Source: Antedon mediterranea (taxonomy: Eukaryota > Animalia > Echinodermata). From it: a stretch of 64,000 bases of DNA. A program made the translations under genes and the position numbers. Below are positions 1 to 26,000 of the stretch, one piece after another. Position 1 is the stretch's first letter. Every line of letters begins with the position of its first letter. A model generated the notes under the pieces. It made no database searches. It was not told the DNA's origin and saw only the letters and a program-made list of their open reading frames with translations. The stretch is from the NCBI RefSeq assembly GCF_964355755.1, contig NC_092673.1, positions 20,643,648 to 20,707,647 on the forward strand. The letters are read 5' to 3'.

Positions 1-2738
1 TTGTATTGACACTTGGTGAATATTTAAGTCATATCAAGGGCAAACTTTCTATGGATTAAAAATGGCATGTTTTACAAGAAGTTTACGTGCACACGCGCAT
101 TTCTCCTCCATTTTTGTGTCTCGCGTATCTCAAAAAAGTGTAAATATAACATTTCATAACTTTGTCAACATATGGGCATTCACGTGAAGTTGTGCACCTC
201 CTATTGTGAATGACCTCAGAAATGCGCAACGTGACTTACGCGCGATTTTATGAATTTCGCGTATTTAACATAGATTGAAAACCATATAACAATTTAATTT
301 GAAACTTAGCAAAAGTTTAAATTATATCTTGCGCTAACTTTTTGTGCACTAAAAATGGCATGTTTTACACAAAGTTACGCGCGCACGCGCATTTAAAATT
401 TAAAATGCGCAAAATTAATTTCTAATCAACTTTCTACGCTGATCATGACATTTTGAGCATGTCAAAAATTCCCACGCGCGCCAACAATCTTACGCGCGTG
501 GTCCGCACGTAGCGCTAAAAACATCTTTTTTGCGTGAATTATGTTTTTTCAGCCTTTTATAGTAATTTTATCAACTTTTAAAACAATTTAGAATTAAAAT
601 TACGTCATACGAGCACGTCGAATTGTACAATTTGTGCGTGTTTTTAATGAATAAATTCAAAAATTCGTCAAAATTATGCCTTTTTTTAAACAATCATAGA
701 TTCTAAACTACGAGGTAAACTTTTTTTTTCACTTACATTTTCTGGAAGGTGATGAGTTGTAGATATCGGATCATTAAACAATATGGTTAACCGGACATTG
801 TGACGTCATCGTATGGTCACACGAATGTAAAATATATGATTTTTGTCTCTTTCATTATTGCTCCTCACATTAAATGGAGCGCATCACCGTTATCTGTATT
901 CCTTTTTCTCCGAGATTTTAATATTGTCTAGGTAAATCAACTATCTTAAGCATGTGTTTAAAATTTTTAATTTTTATGACATCATCATGCCTAAAAATTT
1001 AAATTAGGTGTTATACTGTGTACTTTAAAATGTATATATTATATGACACAAAATAGACAGAATTTAGCACTAACAACATATCATATTCTTCAGTTCAGGT
1101 CATAATGTCATAATCTTTTTCTGTGTGCAACATTCCAACGTAAGACGTGCACGTGGCGTTTGTCGAGCGGATAACTAACTCGTCAAAGTGACGAGTTTCA
1201 TGTCTAGTTCTTCTTTCCATCCTTCCTTTTTGTGGATCGCGTTTCTCTAAAATGTGTAAACATAACATTTCTTAACTTTGACAACATATGGGCATTTACG
1301 TGAAGTTGTGCACCTCCTATTTTTGAATGACGTCATAGTTGCGCAACGTGACTTACGCGCAATTTTATGAATTTCAATGATTGATCATAGATTAAAAACC
1401 AAAAGTCATTTAGTATTGACACTTTGACAAAATTTAAGTCATATCAGGGGCAAACTTTCTACGGATTAAAAATGGCATGTTTCACAAGAAGTTACGCGCG
1501 CACGCGCATTTAAAATTTCAAAATGCGCAAAATTAATTTCTAATCAACTTTTTATGCGTTTCTTGTCATTTTGAGCATGTCAAAAATTCCCACGGGCGCG
1601 CAATTTTTTACGCACGTGGTGCGCACGTAGCGTTAAAAACATATTTTTTTCTCTTGTATTATATTTTTCAAGCCTTTCCTAGTAATTTTGAAAACAATTT
1701 AGACCTTTTCCAATTTAAATAACGCCATACGAACACGTTGAATTAAACATTTCATGTGCGTTTTTTATGAAAAAGCTTAAAAAATCGTCAAAATTTTGTC
1801 TTTTTTTAAACAGTCATAGTTTCTAAAGTAAACCGTGAACCGTTTATTTTTATTACAAAATCTAGAAGTTGATGAGTTGTAGATAACGGATCATGCATCG
1901 ATAAGGCTAAAAAAACATTGTGACGTCATCGTATGGCCACACGAATGTAAAATATAGGATTTTTGTCTCTTTCGTTATTGCTCATCACATTCAATGGAGC
2001 GCATCACGCTTATCTGTATTCCTTTTTCTCCTACATTTATATATTGTGTAGGTCAATCAACTTTCTTTAGCATGAGATAAAAATATTTTAATTTTTATGA
2101 CGTCATCATGCCTAAAAATTTCAATTACGTGGGTCATTAATTTCATCTTTACAGTAAATTTTATTCTGTAATACCTCGTAAGAATAGAATCTGATAATCA
2201 CGATTAAAACGTTTTCTGGAAGCTATTGGATTGTAGATACGAATTCATGTAAACATTTTGCCAATCGGATGTTGTGACGTCATCATATGGCCAGTTGAAT
2301 AAAAAAAGTTGTATTTTCATATTTTGCGTAATAGTTCATCACATTTAAAAGGGTGCGCATCTATATTTTACGTATTCAAATTTCTTCTACACGTTAATAT
2401 GTTGTTCCTAAGATAATTTCCTTCTGAAATTGCTATCTAAGTGTTTCATTTTGATACTGTCGCCATGCTAAAAATTGGAATAAATGGCGGGTCCCGTAAT
2501 TTCACCTATTCTACACTGTATGTAATATGTATACAGATTATACTGTAGTGTTTGCATGTATATACTATATGACACAAAATTGACAGAATTCAGCACTAAC
2601 AGCATATCATATTCTTCAGTTCTTGTCATAATGCCATAATCTTTATCTGTGTGCAATATTCCAACGTATGACGTGCACGTGGCGTTTGCCGTGGTGCGGA
2701 TAACTAACTCGTCAAAGTGACGAGTTTCATGTCTAGTT
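1..2738 (+). mobile_element. Two nested or tandem non-autonomous Helitron/Helentron (HINE-like) elements
   Basis: 1-1209 and 1210-2738 are largely homologous. Both end in GCGGATAACT + hairpin AACTCGTCA-AAG-TGACGAGTT + TCATGT-CTAG-TT (CTAG at 1204-1207 and 2733-2736), the stem-loop/CTAG 3' end of rolling-circle elements. Internal sub-repeats are present. Confidence 0.75.
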
Positions 2739-4531
2739 TATTTATTTTTGTTTTAGGCCGATAGCAATACCCACCCCAGGGCGGGTTTTAAAATTTTAAA
2801 GTAGTAGGCCTACATAACACCCTACGCCAGTAGGCCTACCTCCCCATTCTCACCAACTCCCACCCATCTTCAAAAACACCCCACCCCTCTTCAATAACAC
2901 CCCATACTCTTTTAAAAAAACAAATTCTTCCCAGTACAAATTCAATTCAACTTCAGCTTCAAATTGAGAGGGTATACATAGCTACGATAGGCCTATGGTT
3001 TAAGTATAGGTGGTAAACTGTGTAAATAAATAGGTGTCATATTGGCTGATAATTAAACTATCTAATTTTGAAACTGCGGCCCCCTAGCCTTCTTTCTCCT
3101 CTCACCATCCAAGCCACAATCAACAAACCTAACTCCTCCCCTGGACTGTTCAAATGTAGTAACTTTTCCTATTACAATTCCATTCCAATCCTAATATAGA
3201 CTACAGTACGCCAGTATTTCCGCTCCTCCCTCCTCCCTCCCAACACACCCCAGATTCTGGGTGATTTAAGAAGATTCCAGTAAAAATTATGTTAGCCATC
3301 ACTCCCACCCAACCCATAATCCCTCAGTGGCAGTTTTCAAAAGTAGTTTAAAACACTCCCTAAAGTTTCGGTCATGGTGATAGGCCTACATCCTCACCGC
3401 AATCTCACAATTGTCTGTTAATTGTTTTAATGGCATTTTTGTTTGTTTAGTGTTAGGCCTACTACTATTGTATTGCTTTTCCTTGTGTGTGCTGCACATT
3501 AAATGTTAATGTTTTAATGTTTGATATTTTTAGTATCTACATACAACATGCTTTTTTTATACCGAAATATATATAAATAGGGCCTGCCTACTACCGATGA
3601 TAAGAAAGTGATGAAATTGTATCAAAATGCTTGGTAAGTTGTAGACTAAATGTCAATCAGGGGAATGACGTGAGGGGAGGGTGGGGGTATATCATATTTC
3701 AAGTCTATTCGAGGGGAGCGTTTTATTCTAGGCGGGGCGTTTGTTCGAATAAGTATAGGCCTAACGGTTTAATTTTCTTGCGACTCAAAACAAAACGCCC
3801 GTGTATGCCTACTAGTGACCAATACATAATGACAACATGTGCGAGTTCAGTGTACAATACAATTTTGACAATAAACATGAACATTATTATACAGTTGAAA
3901 AAATTCGGAATAAAATTAAGAATTAGAAATAAAATAAAATGTGAAATGTAAAGATGTAGGCCTATTAAGAGATCTATGTAGACGATCATTGTTATTAGGA
4001 TACGACCCGATTCCCGACAGATTGAATCTTGGCCGTAATCAGCCCACAATGAAACCTTTGGCTTTTAAAATGAATAAACTCTGGGTCTTATTATTTTATT
4101 TTATTGTCTTTCTTTTGAGGTATTTATGATTGACAAAAATCGTAAATACATTTTTTGCACCAGGCCCACCACACTACGTCACTTCGTAGAGTAGCCATCA
4201 ATATGCCTTATTGTAATATTGCAATATGGTACAGTAGTAGTATACAGTAGTAAAATACATAATTCTGTAACGATTAAATTTAATATGCATTTGTCATCAT
4301 GATGGTGGGTAGAAGAGGTTTAGAAATGCGTGCTTAATACTTTATTTTAATAGTTTTTTAAACATCTGGTCATGTGTCAAATAATTACGCCCCCAATATC
4401 AACAATAAATCAATCTGAACTTTGGTATCTGGCCGGCCGGCGGCGGCATGCTGACAGCAGAGACGTTTCGCGACGACGACACACAGAGCACACAGTGTAC
4501 CATACATAGCAGAAAAAAGGGTAAAAAAGTC

Positions 4532-17704
<13,173 letters not shown>

Positions 17705-18084
17705 TGTAAGGTTGTAGTTGAATAATGCTAAGCATTAAAAAATTAGACTGCTAAAACAAAGCTATAAATAGAATTATTGTTATATTAACAAATTATTATA
17801 TATTCCTGAACAAGTATGATTTCTAATGTTGTTTTCATTTAATACAACTGTTTTTTTACATCAGTATTTTAATTGTTTTTATTTTAAAGTTATGATCTAT
17901 TAAAATTTCAAAATATATGAGTGAGGAATCCTCAATAAATATCGAAAGCAGGAGGCGGTGGGGTGGTATAATTCTTCTCCTTCCCCCCCCCCCCCTCCCC
18001 CTCTTTTTTTTTTTTCACCTAGATCAACCACTGCACTTGAGATTTGAACCAATATCATAGAATCTCAGTTGGGACTGTATTATA

Positions 18085-18400
18085 GGTATGACTTATATAT
18101 ATCAGTATGACCTATATGTGTATGATCTATATGTGTATGACTTATATATGAGTATGACCTATATATGAGTATGATCTATGTATATGGGTATGATCTAAAT
18201 ATGAGTATGACTTATATGAGTATAACCTATATAAGAGTATTACTTAATATGAGTATGACCTATATATGAGTATGGTCTATATATGCATATTTATATACAT
18301 ATGACCTATATATAAATATGACCTATATGTAAGTATGACCTATATGGGTATGGGATCTTCTACATACCTGTATATGAGTACAACTTATATATGAATGTTT
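18085..18400. repeat. Degenerate TATGACCTATATATGAG minisatellite
   Basis: Imperfect 15-18-bp tandem units. Confidence 0.75.
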
Positions 18401-18661
18401 TGACCATTACCTGCAGTATTGTGTGGATTATTACAAATATTTGGTTTTTAAGAACTTTACTTATTTCGGTAATTTATGTTTTATTGAGTATCAAATGGAT
18501 TTACAATGTGGAGTTTGAGAAGTTAGTGCAATTTAGATTCAAATTGTAATAATGTATTATAAAATTATATCTTCATAACTATTAATCAATCAGGTAATAA
18601 TACTAAATAATGAATTTTAAAATATGGTTTAATATGACATCAATAATAATAATATTACAAT

Positions 18662-18862
18662 TACCGTATTTATTTGAATAAAAGCATACTTTAAATAAAC
18701 GCCTCCTTCGAAATCCCCCGTATTCCACATAGAACAACAATTTTGTTAGAATTTTTAATGTATTTTATCACAAAAAAAATAAACGCCTCCCTCGAATAAA
18801 TTCCCCTCTCAAAACCTTCCTGAAATAAATGCCCCTGGCCGTTTATTTGAATAAGTACGGTA
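18662..18862. mobile_element. Tc1/mariner(pogo)-like MITE
   Basis: Termini TACCGTATTTATT ... AATAAGTACGGTA (TA target). Related copies near 27690-27800, 31754-32068 and 3700-3757. Confidence 0.6.
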
Positions 18863-19099
18863 TCTCAAAATAAACCATTGAAATTAGATTTAAATTTCAG
18901 GTAACTTGTTTGAATGGCAAACTTTTATTAAATATGGTATAAATTGATGTGCATAAATGGAATGAAACCCATAATTGTGTGCTACTAATGAAATAGTATT
19001 AAAGTAACTTTACTAAATGTTTGAGAAGACAAATCTATTCATAAACATAACTAACCGTTGGTGTTGAAAAAAACATATTACTGGAGCTCTGATGAGCAC

Positions 19100-19288
19100 C
19101 AGTGGCGTAACATAGATACCTGAGGCCCCTGGTTTAAGTGGCTTTCCAACGCTGGAGGCCTCGAGAATTTTTAGCCTTTTTCGACCTATTTTAATGCCTG
19201 GTTTTTCCTCTGGGCACTGCTCAGGGGCCCCATAAGCTCCAAGGCCCCTGGTTTAGCTAGTGAGCGAATCATAGCCGTTACTTTACTG
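19100..19288. mobile_element. Non-autonomous hAT MITE
   Basis: Ends CAGTGGCGTAAC / GTTACTTTACTG; perfect 8-bp TSD ATGAGCAC (19092-19099, 19289-19296). Confidence 0.85.
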
Positions 19289-20024
19289 ATGAGCACATCT
19301 TCTTGTTATCAAACTATTCAATGTGTTGATTTGATTAAGTTTGAAGATGGTAACCGTTTCATTATACTTGAAGTATAAATTGTATAAATCCATAGGACGT
19401 AACCAAAGATTAGTTATAATAATATAATAATCTAATTTCAACGTGGAAAATAACGTGTAATTCATCTACTGTGCTATTGTCTATTCATTGACATTGATGA
19501 TATTGTATTATGAACACATTACTATTAATTGTATAGACAATGTAATTTACATTTATTGAGATATTTATTCTATTGCTAGTAGTTTGTTAAATGAGTTTGA
19601 AGTGAACAAATAGTGTCTATGACATGGCTTGTGTTGTTTTTTCCTCGAGAAATTGTTCTTCCTTGTGCCAATTGATTGAATAAAAAATTATTTCCATTAC
19701 AATTTGTTTTGTTAGCCTATTTGCTTTGATATTTTATATTAAATATACGATACGATAAATCTGAAACGGCAAAAATAGTTATTAGGCCTAACTACTTGTT
19801 GTATGTATGATGAGATGGTTCGTTGGTTCACAAATATAGTCATATATAGAGCTCCTTTTCCTTTGAAGAAATATTATATTATTTTTATATGTTTATAAAA
19901 CTAAAATAATAAATTCAGATGCGCGAAATAAAGTTTTGGTGGTGACCGAGTGGTAATCAATGTTTAGATGATTTTGTGGGGGCGCTACATCACATGTGTT
20001 TCAAAGAATCGCAAAACAACAAAA

Positions 20025-23000
20025 ATGGCGGATATCGAGCAGGTAAAATATTAATTAATTTTAAGTTTTTAGTAGTAATTTATTGATAAATTGTATAAAT
20101 ACATAGATAGTGGTGTTCTTTACTGTGCATTATCTGAAATGAATAAAATTGTAATGATATTGTAAAGTATTTAGTGAAATATTCTTACTTTAATATTCGT
20201 TGTTTTGAAGCAGTGAGTGACTGTGTTGAATAAGAAAGTTAGCCGTTCGTAGCCGTACTGATATTTTCATGCATTAAACGATTGGAGTAGAAACGGTGGG
20301 CCTAGCCTACTTCTATATTAAGTTTTCCCAGTGTTTAAAATGTGTGGGCAGGGCTACTATACTAATTTATTCTAGATAAGTTAAGCATGCGTTCTATAGA
20401 AGAACGATACGTCTAATATGAATACATTACTAGCTGTGTCATGTAATTGCTAACTACTACTAGGGGGCCTAGGCCTATTACTAATTATAATAATAATATT
20501 ATTATTATATTAATAAATAATAAAAAATATAATAAATATATTTCTTCTTCTAGACTAGCTAGCTAGGCCTAGGCTAGAGTGTATATATAGTTTAGTATAG
20601 ACCTGAGATTAAGGTCTACACAGTAGTGTGTGCTATTATGTACCTGTACTGCATATAAATTCATTAAAACAATTCTATAATCTATTTAATTGAATAGGGC
20701 CTAGCCTAGAGGTCTTCTATGCTTAATCAATGTATTTATATTATAATGTATGATGTACAGGACTGCGTTTGTACAGCATATGAATTATAGATATAATTTT
20801 AAAACTTGATTCTTGTTCTCAAATATATTTTAGAATCATGGATTGCATATTTTGTACTGATTTACATTTTAAATAAAATATTTCATTGGGGTCATTTTCA
20901 TAATGAATTCATGCCAAATACTCCATTTTTGGCTGGGAGACTTGTTTGTGTATATATTAGATTTGCCTCCCAGCCAACATTGTACTCCAGTTTTCCACAT
21001 TTTCTCGCAGTTTTCCGCATTTTCTCCAGGATTACAAAGATAACTGAATTTCAATGTAGGTCTATATGTGTTGTTTTTTTCATTAAAAATATAAAAAAAA
21101 ACTCACACATTAAAATTTTTTTTAATGGAAAGGAGATTCTCTTTACATATCCACCACGTGACTTGATACCGCTTGTCAGCACTCCTTGACTCTCCTCTGG
21201 TCTACATAATAGTAAAGGCCGCTGTTGACCTTAAAAAAACCACTTTTTTTTTTTTGTATGTTGGCATGTGAATTGATGCATGGTCAGTAAGATCATTGAC
21301 GAGAACAAAAATTGTTGTCACCTGTTAGTGAATTGTACATTGTACGACAATGTCATTTAGGTTGCATTCATCTGAATGATGGATGAAACTAAAGCCATCC
21401 ACCTTTGATTGTTCCTATCATTGATCAAAGGCTTCTCTTGACCAGAAGAAAGGCATCGGCCAATATGTCTGCGGTAATGCCAAGAGTCAGCAGTGATGAT
21501 TTCACATGCCTAATGGGACCCCAGCTCCATATACAGCACCCGATATTCCCAGATGGTCTTCCACCAAGCTCTAACCGGGCCCAAGCCATTTAGCTGTATT
21601 ATATCATTAATTCCAGCTTAATTTAACCTGTACCTCTAACAAGGACATCTATTGATAACCTCTCGATAACCTCTCTTTACCTTTACCAGTTTTCTATGCA
21701 ATCAGAACCTTCTTAAATTTGTTTACATTTTATTTTTGTAGGAACTAGGCCAATTGGAGGCCTTATGCAAACAGCTGTATGAGACGTCTGATGGAATTCA
21801 ACGAGCAGAGGCTGAGAAAGCCTTAGTCAATTTTGTAAACTCAGCTGATTGCCTTACGAAATGTCAGCTGTTATTGGAAAGAGGCAGTGTATGTTTACAA
21901 TTCATATTCTGTTTACATGTAACTTACAACTCAAAATAACAGGATGTTCAGTAATGAATCATCAAATTCATCACACATTCAATGTTAAACCGCGATGAAG
22001 TAAACACATTCATTTTAAACTAGAAAGCCACTCCGAGAGTGCATACCTCCGCCTACTGTAAAATTCTCCTACATAAGATTTTCTCCGGTAAAAAAAAAAA
22101 TATATATATTTGTGTGTGTGATTTAGGCTAATTTCACTACAAGCATGTGTATGCGAGTTTGATGTAATGGTTATGTAACAAGCCTTTCAATTAACAATAG
22201 CTTCAGTTGACTAACAATAGAACAGCAACGCGAAAATCAAACGAGTGAATTTGAAAAGAAATAGGTTTTTTAAAATACTCGCATCAAAAAACTTGCACAT
22301 TGAATCAAATTATGTTTTAAAATTACAAATTATAACTCTTGCCACTTTTACAAAAGTGAAGTTTTTTGGACAAGTAGTTCTCGAGAAAATGCAATTTCAG
22401 TTTACTTGTTACTTTAAGACTGCTCGCTGGCTTTTGAAAAATTCTGTCCTATCTTTTAACACTAGCAGGTCTGAAAAGTATACTAAAAAGTGGTCCAGAA
22501 TTGAGACAAGGGTCCCAAATGGTCCCAAAATTTAATGGAATGGTCCTTGACCACATATTTATCTGAATATTCTTTTTGGCAAAGATCTTACTTTTTGAGT
22601 AATCATGCTAACAAACAAACACACGCTACCGATTACATATACCTCCTTGGCGGAGGTAAACTAAGTACAGTCGACTCTCCCAATACCGGTCATTCTTGGG
22701 CTGGCCTAATATTTTTAGATGTCTGAAATTAGTGGAGCATTAATTATTTAAATTTTTGGTAAATGAAGTTGTGGTGGAGTTGGTTAGGGTGACCAACCTT
22801 TATTGTTTTATCAAATTTTTATCTTTATACAAAGCATTTCACCAGATTATTTTATTACAACGCCTACCCATCAGTAATGATTCTCTTTCTTAGTACTCCG
22901 TGGGGGATTTTTAAAATCCCTATTATATAATATTATTAGTCATCAATAAATATAAAGAAGATACAGACTGATAAATAACACAGTAATCTACAACAAGCTA

Positions 23001-26000
23001 TAATATTGCTATTGGTGTTAGAATACTAAAGTTAACTTATATAAATGTTTAATCATCAAAATTAATTTCGGAAGCTTGGTTCCCAGTAGGACGCAACGCA
23101 AAGGCATAAGACACAGGAAAGCGATTTGGCCAATGAAATGTGACAGTTCGAATAATTCATCGCTTGTGATTGGTCGAATCCCTTACGTTGTGTCATGTCA
23201 TTGTGTTGCCTCTATTGTGGGAGCGCATCAGTAATTCAAGTTCATTTTAGCCACCAACCTACAGCTCCTACAATACCTGAATCCACCCTTGCTATCAATA
23301 TTACATTCCACAATTTCTTTACCACCTACACTATATTGACTTTTCAGTCTGCATATGCCCAACTACTAGCTGCCTCATCACTCACAAAATTGGTATCAAG
23401 AAATGCACAGGCACTACCACTAGAGCAACGCATTGATATCAGTAAGTAAACTAGTTGTTAGTGAACAATTTAAGGGTTCTAACTGCATATAAAGGCCAAC
23501 TCAGACAGTGTCTTACAACATGGCCAAACGAGTCGTCTCGTCTGGAGAAAATTGTCTCCAGATGACCAAAACGTCTCGTCACGCTGCAAGTCAGAGAGCA
23601 CCGATTTTGACTCGTCGATCCTCGTCGTACAACGTTCCCAACTCAGACAGCACCGACGAGTGAATACGACTCGTCGTACAACGCTGTCTGAGTTGGCCTT
23701 ATTGACCGCCTTGTTGACCGCCAAGCCACTATTGCACACACTGATGATATAAGTATGTATGAAAAGCCGTAACTAATACTAATACTTTTATTTCAGAAAA
23801 CTATGTTCTAAATTACTTGGCTAGCCGACCAAAATTACCCTCATTTGTACGTCAGGCTCTTGTACAGGTAAAGACCTTATATACACCGATTTTTTAATTC
23901 TTTATAAAGCTCTGTTTATGTTATCAAACTTTATGTGACAACAAAATGTGATGTGCCCATATATTAGCATGATGATGTAATATCGCTACCATATTTGAAC
24001 ATATCACTAACCATATTTGGGCACATCACACTTTTTTGTCAACTAGTTTGATAGTGTAGACAGAGCTTTACATTATTTTATTAACGTTCACATGAGCAAT
24101 ATTGATTTATATTAATATTATTGTCATTGTCATTTTTACACCAATTCTGTTCCTAATGATATAATTGATATTCATTGATTTCCACTCAGCTTTTTGCAAG
24201 GACTACTAAGTTGGGTTGGTTTGACAATCAAAAGACTGTCTGGGTTTTCCGTGATGTTATGGTAGATGCAGGCAAGTTTCTACAGGTAAGATAGAGATAT
24301 TTTTTTCACAAAGCATAATTACTAAACATTTTAAATTAACCAATCACTGACCAATTACCAATATGTTATTTGGTAATTGACCAATCACCTTTACACAACA
24401 TTGCTCTTGTTGCTTCAAAGCACTGTTGATGTGTTTTAACTGAAATTCTGAGATTTTTATTCAGAATTCAATACACATGATGTTATCGCAAGCGTGTTGA
24501 ATTAATTTGTTGTGTGTTTTTGTATAGAGTTCAGTGGAACACTTTGTTATTGGAGTTCAGCTTCTTACACAGTTAGTTAGTGAAATGAATCAGGTAAGTC
24601 CAGTCGATTTTGAAATCCATAAAGAACCCTAAGAACCAACTTTTAATAACCATTTGGATCAATCCGAGGGTGAGCTTATATTCAGGCATGCATAACACTG
24701 AAGTTTAGGCTTCACTTATGCGGACTTTCTATTATAATTTAAGCTTGCTGTATACAGAGTGTACAGTTTTAGTCTTCTACTTTATAGCCATATCAATCTC
24801 AGGGTGAGCTTAAGCTCTGTCTACACTACCAAACTATTTTGACAAAAAAAAGTGTGATGTGCCTAAATATGGGAGTGATATGCTAAATATGGGAGTGATA
24901 TGCTAAATTTGGTATTGGTATGCCAAATATGGTAGTGATATGACATCATCGTATCCATATATGGGTACATCACATTTTTTTGTCACATAAAGTTTGATAG
25001 TTTAGACAAGACTTTATATTCCAAGTTATTTTATCCTTCAATTATTCTTGCACTTAAGTTGTTTTCTTACACCACAATATGCTCCACAGTGTGCTTATAT
25101 CATATCATGATGCACCTATTCTGTATATATAGTTTGTTTCTGTTTGTTTATAGCCGGATACAATTAGGCCTTTAACAAAACACAGGAAGATTGCTTCATC
25201 GTTTAGGGATACAGTTCTCTTTGAAATTTTCCAGTTGTCATCTAGTCTATTAAAACAAGTAAGTAAACCAACTATCTATCATTTTCTATTTCATTTTAGA
25301 CTTTGTTTGCACAGCAAAAAATTAACTGATATTTAACCAATAATCGTCCTCTGGAAACGGGGATTAACCATCTCTGCTCGAGAAGCATATACATTGTTAA
25401 ATAATATATAGTGTTTTTAAATATTGTAATTAATTATTTTTATATGAAACGTTTTTATATATTTTTGTACTATATTGTGAAAAGCACTCAAAATATTTTC
25501 CTATGTGGACGAAATAAAGTTATCATATCATATCAAGTCTAGAATTCATTCATCAGTTGAAAATTATTTCCATTTATTGTTGTTTGTATATGAAATACAC
25601 ATATAAATAAAAACAATTACAATTCAAAGTGTCACATCACTCTTGTACGGTATACTGAGAAGCATTCAATGCCTGAATGGCAGCTGGATAAAACCTGTAT
25701 TTGTCTACCGCTACGTAATACCTCAAATACATCATGCATGGGATGAGTAGAATCTTGCAATATAGAATGTTTTTTCTTAATCGATTTTCAAAAATGGATT
25801 TAATAGAACTCTGCTCAATTCCAATGAAACTGTGATGCATAATTAACAACACGTTTTTGATATCCTTTGTTTTGTGATCATGCCATTTTAGATCGCTGTT
25901 AATCCTCACTAAATTTCAGTTACCTTTAATTTATCAACTCCATGTTTTTGTTATTTTTTAGGCTTTGAAAGAGCGTTTCAACTTCAGTGATGAGAATAAG

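Noticed and set aside
19089-19296. Two CTGATGA motifs as hammerhead or C/D snoRNA boxes
   Set aside because: They are explained by the hAT TSD ATGAGCAC; no stem II/GAAA follows.
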